In this document: positions 37,642-51,085 of the stretch, one piece after another
Position numbering within the stretch: position 1 is the first letter of the stretch
Layout: each line of letters begins with the position of its first letter
Assembly (NCBI GenBank): GCA_050273025.1
Contig: CP158635.1
Location: 27,900,001 to 27,964,000, forward strand
DNA from: Cenococcum geophilum
Taxonomy: Eukaryota
Reading direction: 5' to 3'
DNA: 64,000 bases
The notes under the pieces: generated by a model
What the model saw: the letters and a program-made list of their open reading frames with translations, nothing else
Told to the model about the DNA's origin: nothing
Database searches by the model: none
Position numbers and translations under genes: made by a program

Positions 37642-40600
37642 AATAAGCAATAATATTAACTAGATTAATTAGACGGACATTATACCTCTAGTAAATAACT
37701 TAGAGATACTTAGAATCTTTAAGGATAAAGATAGAAAGGAGGGAGATAGTATTACGGACGCTTTAAGTATAATGTTATAACTACTAGGAAGGGAGTTGGA
37801 AGAAGCTAGTTAGTTAATATAAGCACGGTCTAGTATAGAGCTAGTGGAACCATATAATAAGGAATAGTAAGCGAGTTATATAATGTGCTATGTAAGGGAC
37901 GAGAGGAACGGAGGGAACTCGCGTACCTTATATATAATGCGTACCTTACGTATAAGGAGGGTTTCCTAGGAGTATAGTTATATATTTAAAGGACCACAGT
38001 CCCTACTCTAGATAGTTCTTTTCTTATAGTGATTCTTAGAATATAATTAGAGTTAATCTGTTGGGCAACCACTCCACCAGTTATTATTACGTTGTTGACT
38101 TACTTGCAATACCTACACACCTAGCCCATTAACGAGCCCATCGTAGTACTTGCTATAAGGTTCCGTTATAAGGGAGGCACTCTAAACAACCACCATTTAA
38201 ACGTATAGCCAGCGAACGCCTATAGAGAATAATTCGAATTAATACAATTAATCGCAATTAAATTAATACGATTAATCGACCAATTAAATTAAGCAGAGCT
38301 TTTAATCGAGCCGACCTCTCCCCTAAATTACAGATATAGATAGGTAGGTATAGACAAGTAGGCACAACAGGCATAGATAGGTAGGTATAGACAGGTAGGC
38401 ACAAATAGGCAGGCATAGATAGGTAGGCATAGACGGGTAGGCATAAATAAGTAGGACGGTTAGATAAGCAGGATAGGTAGGTACTAGGCCTAGTTAGGAA
38501 ATTAGTACACAGCTAGCGGATTATTAGGAACACCGCTAATAGATAGTTTAAAGCCTCTACGAGAGCCTTACCCCTTATCTCCTTAATTAATCACTTAACG
38601 CCTAAGTAGACACAGACATAGACATAGGTGGTAGGTAGAAAGGATTGATTTAGATTATTTAAATTGCTTAAAGCATTGTGTACATAGAATAGGGCCTAAA
38701 ATTAACCTAATTTATATATTTTAACTACTATAAATACCGGAGTATTAATATACCTCATTTTAAAATCTAGAATTTTAATTATTCTAATTATCCTAATAGT
38801 CTTAATGGTCCTAATGGTCCTAAAGGTCCGTTTAGTCCGTTTGGTCCAGGCGGCCTCCTAATAGGCTCCTGACAGGAAACTGAGTGTAAGGGTCTTCTAG
38901 AGATTATAGTAGCCCTAACAGGAGCTAATAGGAGCCTGTTAGTACTATTAGGAGGCATAAACATTTTCCTAATGCTGTAAACAAAGTTATAACGTTTAGA
39001 TTAATATAATAAAGGTTTAAACTTAAGGATAAAAATAAGTTAAGAGTTAACTTAAAGCACCTGGTATATTATACATTATTATAAATTGCGTGCGTAGATA
39101 ATATATGCAATATATATAAGAATCTAAAAGAAAAGAATTGGAGGTACCCTATAAGGATATATTAGGCGCTAGATAAGCAATAGTATAGGAATGCTAAATA
39201 TATATATAGATGGCATCTAATAGAAGTTTAGGAGTTAGGGGACTTAATACTTTAACTAGGAAGATTCCTTATAGAAGAATACTTAGACGGATAATAGTGG
39301 TGGGAATGCCTAGAGAATATATATTTATAGTATATAGAGAATAAAAAACAAACTAGGTATTGGCTAAAGGATAAGCTAAGTGCGATAGGATTAAATAGCT
39401 AATAGTTAGGAAAAGTAGAGGCCTATAGGACTAGAGGGAGCTAGTAGTAGAGCCTTAGACCCTTAAAGGAATTTAAGGACAACACCTACATTTATAAGTT
39501 AATTAGTAAGGTTAGCAATTTAAAGCACTAATAGATAGTAGAGTAATAAGGAACTATATCTTACTAGCAGCGGTTAAAAGAATAGGATTACCTTATAGGC
39601 AGAAGAAATAACCTTATCTATTAGTTATAATTTTAGGAGATCTAATAACCTATAGAGGAGGGATCATTAATCTTAAAACGGGACTAATTTAGATAACCAT
39701 TAAAGGAAGACGAATTAAGATGTCTTTTAATATCCTACTATTAGGACGGGATAAGGCAGTATTAGGAATGTCTTAGTTATAAAAATATAATCTAAAGATC
39801 GATTAGATTATAGGCTAGGTTAATATTAAGGATACTTAACGACGTAAGATACAATAATAGACTAAGTTAGTATAGTACTAAGTTAGTGTAATATATAAAG
39901 AGACTAAGTAAGGCTTAAGTTATATACTAAAGAGATACTATAAATATGGTAAGAAATTATAAAGTTTAGAAAGTAAAAAGTTAGTAAATTATATAGTATA
40001 GGACTATAAGATAGAGTTAGAACTAGGAACGAGTCTGAGGTTCTTTTTAATATATAAGCTCACTTAAGGGGTTTGTCTAGGAAAACTTATAAAAGGGATA
40101 TATTAGACCATTATAGTTATTAGTAGGATACCCAGTATTGTTTATACTAAAGAAGAACGGAAAACTTAGGCTATGTATTAACTATAGATAGTTAAATAGC
40201 ATTACTTAGAAGGATAGGTATTCTTTACCCTTAATTAATAAAATCTAGAATTAGATAAGTAATATGTAAATCTTTATAAAGATAGATCTAAGATAGGCGT
40301 ACCATTAGATTAGAATTAAGAAAGGCAATAAATAAAAGGTAGTTTTTAGGTTAAAGGAAGGACTATATAAGCTATTAGTTATATAATTTAGGTTAATAAA
40401 TGCACTAGCAATATTTTAGGAATAAATTAATAGTGTATTAAGAGAATACCTTAATAATATTATTATCTACTTAATGACGGAGGAAGAATACGAGGATTAT
40501 ATTAAATAGGTTTTAAAGAGACTATAAGAAGAATAGATGCTAGTAGCAATTAAAAAATGCAAGTTCTTTATAAGAAAGACTGGTTTTATAGGATTTATTA

Positions 40601-41749
40601 TTAAACTAGGTTATATTAGTATAGACCTAAAAAAAATTTAAAGCTATAGTTAGTTAGTAAGAACCAGAGAATATAATATAGTTAAGGTTATTCTTAGGGT
40701 TTTATAATTACTATAGAAGGTTTATAGTATAATGGTTAAAGAATATTAAACTATTTACTAGGCTTACTAAGAAAGAGGAACTATAGATATGGGGAGACGA
40801 ATAAAGGAAGTTATTTAAGGAACTTAAGGAATTGTTTACCTAGGAACTAATTCTTAAAATCTACCAACTAGGGCTAGATATGGTTGTAAAAACGGACGTA
40901 TTAGACTTTATACTAGGAGTATATTTACTATAAAAGTATAGGAATATATAGCACCTAGTGGCATATTATAGTTAGAAGATAATACTACTAGAGTTAAACT
41001 ATAATATTTACAATAAGAAGTTATTAGGTATAGTTATAGCACTAAAAAAATAGAGAGTATTCTTATAAGGTGTAGAAAAACTATTTATAGTTAAAACGAA
41101 TTATAAGAACCTAACGGGGTTCTTAATAATAAAGGAACTTAATTATAGATAGGTTAGATAGGTAGAGATACTTATAGAATACTATTTCAAAATTTAGTAT
41201 ACTAAAGGAACTAAAAATGTAAGAGCAGATATATTAAGCAGAAAGGCTAAATTATAAAATAATAAAAAGCTATTAGGAGTAATGTTACGCAGAAATAAGG
41301 ACGGATTAATTAGGTATAATTACCCTAAGCTAGTAGTAACTTAGGAGAACGACGAACTAGAAAGAATCTATAAGATACTAGAGAGCTTTTAGGTATAGGG
41401 AATTCTAGTAGTATAACTAGAAGATCTATAGATAGATATATATAAGAATTAAGAAGTAAAGTATATCCTAAAATGTATAGTAGAGCATTCAACGACACAA
41501 TGTAATCGCCCGCTAAAGAAACCTGCGAAATAAGCCCTATAGAGCTCCCACGAGCTCTAGAGGACTGCAGAAACCCTTCCTATTAAAACCACACACCCTA
41601 ATTCGGCGTTAGTGGAGGTATATATAGTGTTTTCCAATATACAGCCCCTAAAACCGGATCATAATAAACAAATAAACCCCTAACCCTAACCACCCCAACC
41701 ACCCCAATTGAATAGCGCGCCTTTTAAGAATGCGTTCTATAGACTATAT

Positions 41750-43220
41750 AAACTATAGAATAAACCTAGTAGGCAATACAGAAACGATCTCTTAATGCAG
41801 ACGAGGAGCGCTCCACTATGCTCTCCTTCCTCACCACCGCGATCACAACCCTCTGGACAGCCTTCGCCACGTTGGCGGAGCTTATCTGGACCTAAGGAAC
41901 CCAGGAGTAATATGCCTAGGACATAAAGGCAATCCGGATAGATATTGGCGCCCTTAGGAAGGCCATAATGATGGCTATAAAGAGCGGACCAACGTTTATA
42001 GGCCCGCTGTTATACGCACACGTCGCTACCACCATATCTATAATGCCCTAAGCTATAAAACAAGTTGCCTACAAACCTACAAATGTATATAAGATTACAA
42101 TCCGCATAGGCGACGCCGCTGACCGTAAGGAAACCTTAAAGTAGAACAGTTAAGCCCTGGTATATAAACTCTAGGCTATAGGACCCCTAGATACCCATAG
42201 AATATAGGCCATAAAGAAGCTACAAAGCGGTAACGTTAGGGCGTATGTTATGGATAAAGACGTAAAAGATAGGTTGCTATAAGAAACAGAGTGGACGAAG
42301 GTCCTTGGACGCTCTACTACACTAGCTGTTCCGCTAGTACTAGTAGAGGTCTACGCGGTACCTACAAGCCTCGCCATCTAAGGCCTAGAGGCTAAGTAGA
42401 TAATAAAAGATATAATAAAGCAGAACTGTACTATAGCGGGACTTATAGTAGAAAGGCTGGCGTGGAAAAGGCTAGGAAGAGTCTAAACGGGACAAAAGGT
42501 TAAATCGTTACTTATTATGGGTATATAGTTAGAAGAGTTAGCAAATGCGCTATTTAATTAGGGCCTCTTCTTAGGAGGAGACCACTACCTAGTTATAAGG
42601 CATGAGACAATGTTTCTAGTAACGCAGTGCTTTAAATGCTAAGGCTTTAACCATATAGCTAAGAGTTATAGGCGAGAAGCTAGATGCGGACGCTGCGCTA
42701 GGCAATATAATACTAGCGAATGTACAGAAAACCCACCCAAAAAGTGTATTAACTATAAAGTAGACTATAAGGCATGGAATAGGGCGTGTAGTATTAAGCG
42801 GACATAGTAGGAGAAGGCTGCAGCAATTAGGGCCTATACGCCAACACACTACGTAGGCACCTATAAGGCACCTACGAGCGGATAGTAATCACAATTATAG
42901 TACGAGATCACCACTAAGGAGGCCTTATAACGAGCCAAGAAAAGGAAGCTAAAGGAGATAGTTACGCAAGAGAGCTCTATATAGGCAGAGGAAGCCCCCT
43001 AAAAGGTCGGCCGGCCGTAGACTTTTAATTATTTTAGGAAGGAAATAGGCTAGAGGACCCTCTAATTAATACTCTAAATAGCACTATATAGTAGTATATA
43101 CGCCCTAATTTAAATCCTAGTAACCTAGGAGCCTTAACTAAATACGGAGTTTAATATAGAGGTGGAAGCAGAAGCCTAGATCCGGAGAGAGGCATCTAAA
43201 GGCTCTAAAACTATGTTGTA
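41750..43220 (+). pseudogene. LINE ORF1 (gag-like, three Cys/His knuckles)
   Basis: QCFKC*GFNH, RCGRCARQY and KCINYK..YKAWNRAC at ~42625-42790. Ends approximate. Confidence 0.8.
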
Positions 43221-43279
43221 AGGAAGCAAACGGACGCTAAAGGGCACTAACTTAGCTAACTCAGAGGCTAGCATAGATC

Positions 43280-46200
43280 TCTTATATTAGGACACCGGAA
43301 AACACTTATAATTATATAGTATAACACTAATAACAGTAGGAACGGCGTACTGCTTTACTTCCTATAAGAGGTGGAGTAGGCAAACTCCTAGCTGGATATA
43401 TTAGCTATCTAGGAGCCGTGGCGGAGGGACTAAGGAAATATAATATGTACTATAAAATCCTACTACCTAGTATATACGGGAGTAGGCAATATAAGGGTCT
43501 GCTTCTATATAAATAAGGCTATTAATATAAATAAGTGGGCGCCTATACACCACTTAGTAGACGCATATATAATTAAGCTAGAGGGCTGCAAGAGGACTAT
43601 CTAGATTTATAATATTTATAACCCCTAATAGATAAATAGCAGTGTCCGTGTGCTACCGGAGCTACTAAAGGCCGAAGAAGAACATATACTATTAGGTGAC
43701 TTTAATCTATACTACCCCTTTTAGGGGGGTGTAATAGTAATATACGCGGATAACGCGGTAGATGACCTTATCCGCGCCATAGAGGCAGCCGGCCTAAGCT
43801 TAGCTACTAAGGCGGGCATAGAGATGTGGGCAAAGGGCATATTAAGGAGCACGCTAGACCTGGTATTCACCTCCCCCTAAATTATCAATAGGCTACTGTA
43901 AAGTTAAAGATAAGACCGCTGGTATATAGGGTCTAACCACTTTCCTATTATTATGGAGGTGGACGTAAAGACGCTAGAGGGGCCCCCTTTACCTAGGAGA
44001 CCGCTATAGAAGAAAGCTAATTAGAAGGTAGTATAGAGTAAGCTAGAGGGCCGACTCTAGCCCCTATATAGACTCCCGTGCGATATAAGAGATAAACTAA
44101 ATACACTAGTAGAGGCCATATACTAGGCAATTAAGAATACTATAGTAAAAATAGTATCTAACGCGCGGCCCTCGCCGTAAGCCTCTAAAGTATAGTTAGA
44201 GGAATGTATAGAAGTGGTAAAGGAAACCCGACAGGCCTTCTAGGCGTAAAAGGTCTCTCGGTTAGTGCCCGACTGGATTAACTATAGAGTTATATAGAAT
44301 AAGAAGAAAAGGGCAATCTAATGAGAGGCTAATAAGCTATAGAGGAGGACTGTTAAAAAGTTAATAAATAACCCTAAAGGGATATAGAGGATGGCAAAAT
44401 GGGCGTATATAGCGGACGGGAAGCTAAAGGCCCTACTATAGTTTCCTCCTATTAGTAGACTAGGAGAGGAAACCCTACACTATAATAATAAGGAGAAGGC
44501 CACTATCCTTATAGAGCAGTTCTTCCTGCTATTGGTAGAGGCGGACCTTAGTGATATACCAAGGGTTATATACCCGGAGCCGCGAATAGTAAAGAAAGTA
44601 GTTAAGGAGGAGGACATTATTACGGCCCTAAAGGGGCTTGCCCCTAACAAGGCCCTAGATCTAAAGAAGATTACTAATTAATTCCTTAAGATATGCGGAG
44701 AATAGCTAGCCCTAGTGCTAGCTAAACTCTTTAGCAGCTGTATAGTAATTGGATATCACCTAAAACCGTTTAAAGACTCTATTATAGTAGTCCTCCGGAA
44801 ACCGTAGAAGCTATCCTATACTACGGCAAAGGCCTACTAGCTGATCGCGCTACTTAACACCATTAGGAAGCTACTTAAGAGAATAGTAGCCAGCCGACTA
44901 TCTAAAATTGTAGAGGAGATGGGTATGTTACCGGCTAGTTAGATAGGAGTAAGGCCGGGGCACTTAACGCAGATAGTACTGGAGCTACTAACCTAATAGG
45001 TACACACGGTATAGAGGAGTAACCCAAACCTAGTAGCCTTATTACTTAGCCTTAATATCTCTAGGGCCTTTAACTAAGTCTCCTATAAAAGAATAATCTA
45101 TAATATAAAGGCCTAAGCCGTGCCCTACTGGATAGTATAATTTATAAAGTCCTTCCTTAAGGATCGAATAATAAGGCTCTTAATTAGAGGATATATAGTA
45201 TAAATAATATAAACAAACACCGGTATACCCTAAGGCTTAGCGCTGTCACTAATCCTATTTCTTTTTTTTGCCTATATACTCCTACCAGAGCTATAAGGGG
45301 GAACCACTATAGTATTTAGATTTATTGACAACTCTAATATACTAACGTATAGTAAGACTATAGAGGAAAACTGTAGAACTATAGAAAGGGCGCATAAGGT
45401 ATGTACGGCGTAGGCACGCTAGTATAGGGTAGTGTTTACCCCCGAAAAGTACTACCTTATCTATTTTATAAGGAGCTATAAGAAGTTTAATATAAAGGCT
45501 ATAGCTAATATATAGGGCTTTACGGAAGGCCTAGTTAGTAACCTACGTGTATTAGGGGTATAGGTTAACTTAAAGCTTAAATAGGGACTATACGTTAATA
45601 TTATTAAGACGAAGGCGATTACCTAAATAGCTATACTAACCTAGCTTACGGCCTTTATATAGGGCGCCTTCTTCTAAAAGGCGCGGATAATATACTCCGC
45701 TATAGTCCGGCTAGTAATCTTATACGGATATAGTACCTAGTACTCGCCACTAGAGTGGACAAAGCCTAAGAAGATAAGCAAAACCAAGCTACGCTAGCTA
45801 GGCGTAGTATAGAACCTATGCCTCCGCACTATTGCGGGGGCGTATAAATTAACGCCAATAATAGTACTAGAGCACGAGACGGGGTTTCCGCCGCTTTAGA
45901 TACACCTTAAAGAGCTAGCTATAGCCTACGCGGAGAGGACGCTAGAAGGACCGGTAAGAGAGTATATTAAAAGGGAGTGTAATACTATATAGGCTACGAT
46001 AGCCTATTAACTCCGGCCTAGAATAAAGCCACTAATGCGGCCTACTAGACGGGATAAGCTTAAGAGGATGGCGGCCGCTATCTTAGGGACAAATATATGG
46101 CTAATAGACTTATTTAAAGCGCAGTATAAGAGAAGTAGAAGGGCTAGGGTATAAGAGGCGTTTAAGGAGCGGTGGAAAAGGGAATGGGAAAAGTACTAGA

Positions 46201-46657
46201 GTACGCTCACCCACTATATAACGGCCTAGGCCGAGCTATAAAATAAGAAAGTCTTTAAACGCTACGTGAGGCTTATAAAGGTAAAGAGCATAATTAATAC
46301 GCTGCTTAGAACCGAGTATATAGGGCTTAATAGATACCTTTACTACTAAAAAGTACTAGGGTACCTAACTTCGGCCTGCCTATGCGGCTATAGCTAACAA
46401 TTAATGATGTATATAGTGGTGTTCTGCCCTAGGCACGCTACTGGCCGGGCGGAAATATATTACTATACTGGAATATCCTTATATAAAGAGCTCCTAACTA
46501 AGCTAAAGGCTGCTAAGGTAGTTGCGGACTGGTTTATATAGATAAACCTCTTACTGCACCTTTTAGTTGCTAGAGAGCTGGCTAGGGTAAAGAGAGGAGG
46601 CTAAGAAGTGCTTTAAGAGGCGGAGGATAGATACTGTAGGGATGGTAGAATATAGTA
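43280..46657 (+). pseudogene. LINE ORF2 (APE endonuclease, RT, C-terminal CCHC)
   Basis: DILAI*EPW, LLGDFN and GSNHFPI endonuclease motifs. IALLNTIRKLL and GIP*G RT motifs. ACLCG...VVFCP at the C-terminus. Confidence 0.9.
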
Positions 46658-46960
46658 GAATTTTGCAGATGGCAACCTGGCAGAAGTTGGCAGAACTCTA
46701 GCAACCTGGTAGAATTTGGCAGAACTTATTAACCTGGCAGAATTTAGTAGAATTTGGTAACCTAATAGAAGCTAGTAGAATTTTGGCAACCTAATAGAAT
46801 TTGGCAGAGTTTTGGCAACCTAATAGAATTTGGCAGAGTCTTAATAACCTAACAGAATTTGGCAGAATCTTGGCAACCTAGTAGAATTTAATAGAATTTG
46901 GTAACCTGATAGAACTTAGTAGAGGTTAATATCCTAATAGAACTTAATAAAACTTAGCAA
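46655..46960. repeat. ~20-bp tandem repeat (ttggcaacctggcagaat-like) in the LINE 3' UTR
   Basis: Multiple degenerate units built on ggcagaa. Confidence 0.85.
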
Positions 46961-48533
46961 GGTATAGAGCTGCGTACGTTAACGTAGATATAAACGACAG
47001 AACCTTCTACACCACTACTAGCCTTATAGGCCATCGGCCTATGCCCTACCTAGATAACCGGAGCAGCTAGGAATGGAACCTAGGCTTTAGCTATATACCC
47101 CACCGGACAGACCTAGGAGTACGTATTAAGATGGCTTTTCTGTAGCGCCTTAAAGAGACGTCTACTTGTGCTTAGCAGTTACTAATTAGAAGAGAGGCTA
47201 TATAGGCCGTATAATAAGAGAAGAAGAGGTTTTATCCGGCCCGAGCGGTATGGTTCCCCTCTTATACATATATATATATATACCCATATAGACCCGCTGT
47301 ATGGACCCTAACGGGAGCCGCAATAGCGTAATTGAATATTATAATATAACATATAGTAGAGCATTTTATGGAAGATTTCTATAAGGGAATAACTTAAGGA
47401 CATAACAGAGTAATAGGCTTAGTGTTAAGACTTTAAGAAGACTATATTATTAACGGAATCTAGGGTATAGCTAGAAAAGTAATAAAAAAAATATTTAGAT
47501 TACTAAAGGAATAAACTAATGAGGTATAAGCTATACGGAGGGCTATAACCTATTAAAATACCGGAAAGACTATAGGAGGTTATATTATAGGACTTTATTA
47601 TTAAGTTACTAAAGTTAAAGGATCCTATTACTGGATAGGAGTATAACGTAATCTTAGTAATAGTGGACAAGTTAACTAAGTAGGGCTACTTTATAGCATG
47701 TATAGAAAAAATCTTAGTAGAAGATATCGCTAAGATCTACATTAAAGAAGTGTTTATAAGATATAGAGCACTAAGCAAGATTATATTAGATAGAGATTTA
47801 AGATTTATAGTAGTATTTTAGGAGGTATTCTTAGCGGAATAGGGAATTTAAGTAGCAACTTCTACTATATATTATCTACAAACAGATAAATAGATAGAAA
47901 GATTAAATTAAATACTAGAGCAGTATCTAAGGCATTATATTAATTATGCACAGAATAATTAGGTATTATTATTACTAGTTATATAATTTATATATAATAT
48001 AACACTATAAAAAGGAATAGGTATATTACTATTTAAGGCAAATTACGGATATAAGCTAAGAATATCGTTATTACTATAATAAGTAAAGAAAATAAGTAGC
48101 ACAGCTAAAGAAAGAATAAAGACGCTAATAAATCTTTATATAGACCTTATAGAATTAGTAAAGAAGGTATAAGAAAGAATAAAAAGGTACTATAACGCTA
48201 AGAGATCTAAGGGACTAGATCTTAAGGAGGGAGATAAAGTGTAGCTACTATATAAAAATTTTAAGAGTTAATAACTAAGTAAGAAGTTGGACTATGTTAG
48301 ACTAAAACCTTTTAAAATTATATAAAGGATTTTACTAGTAATTTTATATATTAATATATATATTTTTAAATCCTTAAAATTAGACTCTGCACCTATATAT
48401 AGTAAGGCCTATAAACCTACTAGTCTTTAGACTTAGTAAAGCCAACGTAAAAACGTTACACAGCTGTGGGTAGAAGGTAGTAGTAGTTGATAAAATGTTG
48501 TAGGGGGTAGTGAAAAGTTTTTATCTGGGATGG

Positions 48534-48750
48534 TGTCACGGATTAACAAAGCAGTTGCAAATAAGCTTAATTGCTAGCTATTGACCATGCTAAGTATATT
48601 AACGCGTAATAGTTTAAGACATTTAATAAGGAACAGAAACAGGTTTAGGTTAATAGGTCAAGATATAGGGGGTTATTATAGTATGTGCATGTATTACGGG
48701 ACGAATATAAGCATAGGTCAGGAACGTAAGAATAGGTAACTCCCGTAATA
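48534..48750 (-). repeat. 3' LTR of a minus-strand Gypsy element J
   Basis: tgtcacgg...cccgtaata (RIP form of cccgtgaca) inverted ends, followed by gtacccccctct, a minus-strand purine tract. Confidence 0.7.
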
Positions 48751-49080
48751 GTACCCCCCTCTTAAACTCGAGCTCCTGCAAGATGTATACGTATATAGAA
48801 AGAAAAGACAGAAAAGGAAAGGGGAGGGTAGGTAGGTAAAAGCTAAAGCTATATTAGCCTTGCTCCAGCGCCTCTACGTCCTCTACTATATAGGCTTTGC
48901 CGGTTTAGGCCTCCTTGCTTAATCATTAGGCCACTAGCTCGTTTAGCCTAAAGTATAGCCCTAGCCTCTGTCGCCAGCTTTGCTATAGTCCTTGCTGCTA
49001 GGAGACGCTATATACTAGAGCTTATATAGTCCCCTTGCTCGCTCTTAGCAGCTCTATAGCTTCCTATTATCTATACTAGG

Positions 49081-51085
49081 TCCCCCTAAAAAATTATTCT
49101 AAAATTCCGTTATTTATGGTCTATTTTTCGGTCCAAAATAGGAGTTCTTAGCGGTATTTGTCAACTTATATAGTAGTAAGGTGCTAGCTTAGAGTTGTTT
49201 CCGTAGGTAGATCGGCACAAAGCTTATTAGTTTATGCGGTAGCAGTACGGTACTAGCGACGTATTTGTGTAGGTAGCAGTACAGTACTAGTAATAGGTTT
49301 AGTTTGTAGGTGTATTAGCACAAGGCTTATTAATAGGGTTAGGTTCTATAGGTATATCGGCGCGGAGCTTATTAGTTTAGGTTCTATAGGTATATTAGCG
49401 TAGTGCTTATTAGTTTATACAGTGGTAGTATAGTGCCAGCAATAGGTTCGGGGGTCTAGGGAGTAAGGCTTAACCTAGTTATATTCGGCTCGCAGGCATA
49501 TTAGCACAAGGTCTTGTTAATAGGTTTAGGTTCCGTAGGCAAATCGGCATAGAGCTTACCGGTTTATGCGGTAGCAGTATAATGCTAGCAACAGGCGGCT
49601 TAAGACGAGTATTAGATACGGATAGCTTTAACGGCAGCAGTATAATGCCAGCAATATATTCGGGCGGCTTAGGACAATCTAGGTATCAGGTACAGATAAC
49701 TTTAGTAATAGGTTTAGGTAGCAGTACAATGCAAGCGACAGGTTTAGGTTCCGTAGGCAAATCGGCACGGAGCTTATTAGTTTAGGTAGCAGTACAATAT
49801 AAGCGACGGGTTTATGTAGGTAGCAGTACAATGCCAGCGATGGGGTTATCTCGTAGGCGTAACGGCACGAGGCTTGTTAGTTCGGGTAGCAGTATAATAC
49901 AAGCGGCGGGTTTATATGGTAGCAGTATAATGCCAGCGATAGGGTCGTTTCGCAGGCGTGACGGCACGAGGCTTGTTAGTTTAGATAGCAGTATAATGCA
50001 AGCAATAGGTTCGGGTTCCGTAGGCAAATTAGCACGGAGCTTATTAGTTCGTATGGTGGCAGTACAGTGCTAGTAAAGGGTTTATATGGTAGCAGTACGG
50101 TGCCAGCAATAGGGTCGTAGGCGTATCGGCACGACAGGTTATCGGGTTCGTTTCGCAGGCGTAGCGGTGTAAGGTAGTGCTTTAAAGGAGAATAACCCAA
50201 TATAGTATTGGGTTTCTTTAATCCTAAGTTTCTTTTTATAGTTATATACTAATTATAAGTATCTATATAGATAACTGTCTAGAAAATTACGAGTGTATAG
50301 GGTGGTAAATAGGAAATATTAGATTTCTACTTAATTATAACAGGCTAGAAGAAAGTATAGGCATAAGTACTTATCCACTCTAGGTTTATATAGGATAATT
50401 TTAAAAATACCCTTAGTTTACTAGATAATGGAGCTAGCTGGTATAATAGTAACGCTAGTAAGGACCAGTATATATATAATAATAAGGCATTTTAGAAGTT
50501 TATATAGTTTGCAAAAGGTTATAGTGGGGTTATTTTTTAGTAAAGTAGTAAGGAGGATTTCTAAAGCCTGTAGCGTTATATAGTATTACTAGGTCTAAAT
50601 ATAAGCTTTTTATACTTATACTAGTGCACGCAATTCTAAAATAATATTTATATTGCTTTAGCAGTTAGGCCAGGCCTCTTTTACTTATAGTCTTAACTTA
50701 TTTTAATATAGAGAATTAATAAAGTCTTTAATATTATTAAATAGTTAGGCTAGCTTTTACTTTTTCTAGCTAACTATAAATATTAAAGTACCATATCTAC
50801 TTAAGTACTTTTATAATTTTAGAGTTGTAAAAGAACTAGTATTTTACTAATATACTTAATTTTTAAATCTAGGATTTTATTTTTCTTATTATTCTAATTG
50901 TCCTAATAGTCCTAGTGGTCCTAGTAGTTTAGGTGGTCTAAATAGTCTAGGCGACCTCCTAATAGGTTCTTAATAGGTTTTTAACAGGAAGCCAAGTGTA
51001 AGGGTCTTTTAGAGCTCTTAATAGCCCTAATAGGAGCTATTAGAAGCTGTTAGTACCGTTAGAAGACATAAAAATTTTGCTAATG
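49081..51085. mobile_element. One-ended CATCAG-family element K (right end homologous to G)
   Basis: 50830-51085 aligns with G 38720-38974 and ends ttttgctaatg. No left terminus found, so the start is approximate. Confidence 0.65.
49190..50165. repeat. Composite minisatellite of two interleaved modules
   Basis: Module 1 ggtagcagtacaatgccagcgatgggt. Module 2 ggttccgtaggcaaatcggcacggagcttattagtt. Confidence 0.85.

Larger units (their letters stand above)
27625..38170 (+). mobile_element. Ty3/Gypsy chromovirus D (C-related subfamily), interrupted by hAT
   Basis: 421-bp LTRs 27625-28045 and 37750-38170. TSD aggga (27620-27624, 38171-38175). gag from ~28085, pol to ~37056. Confidence 0.95.
26408..38974. 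mobile_element. Non-autonomous DNA element G with CATCAG...CTGATG-type ends (RIP forms), ~2.0 kb excluding nested Gypsy D
   Basis: Begins tattagcattt and ends ttttcctaatg. 2-bp TSD ct (26406-26407, 38975-38976) restores the gag of A. Repeated cctgacagg-type subterminal motifs at both ends. Confidence 0.8.
41490..47351 (+). mobile_element. Full-length Tad1-like LINE (5.9 kb)
   Basis: 14-bp TSD tatagtagagcatt (41476-41489, 47352-47365). ORF1 plus ORF2. Short AT-rich repeat tail instead of a long poly(A). Confidence 0.92.
2492..48339 (+). mobile_element. Ty3/Gypsy element A, outermost host of the nest, fragmented and 3'-truncated
   Basis: Own segments 2492-3207, 9971-10101, 24391-26407, 38977-41489 and 47366-48339 rejoin across TSDs into LTR-gag-PR-RT-RH-IN, colinear with element C. 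Homology stops before the chromodomain. Confidence 0.88.

Noticed and set aside
41670..41710. ccctaa telomere-like motifs (also ~118-131)
   Set aside because: Only one or two imperfect units within C-rich sequence, not an array.
48760..49080. Possible antisense accessory ORF in the 3' region of J
   Set aside because: Single truncated copy with no convincing motif or frame.
49582..50200. Short ORFs and a CRISPR-like look
   Set aside because: Degenerate tandem modules without unique spacers or cas genes, in a eukaryotic TE context.
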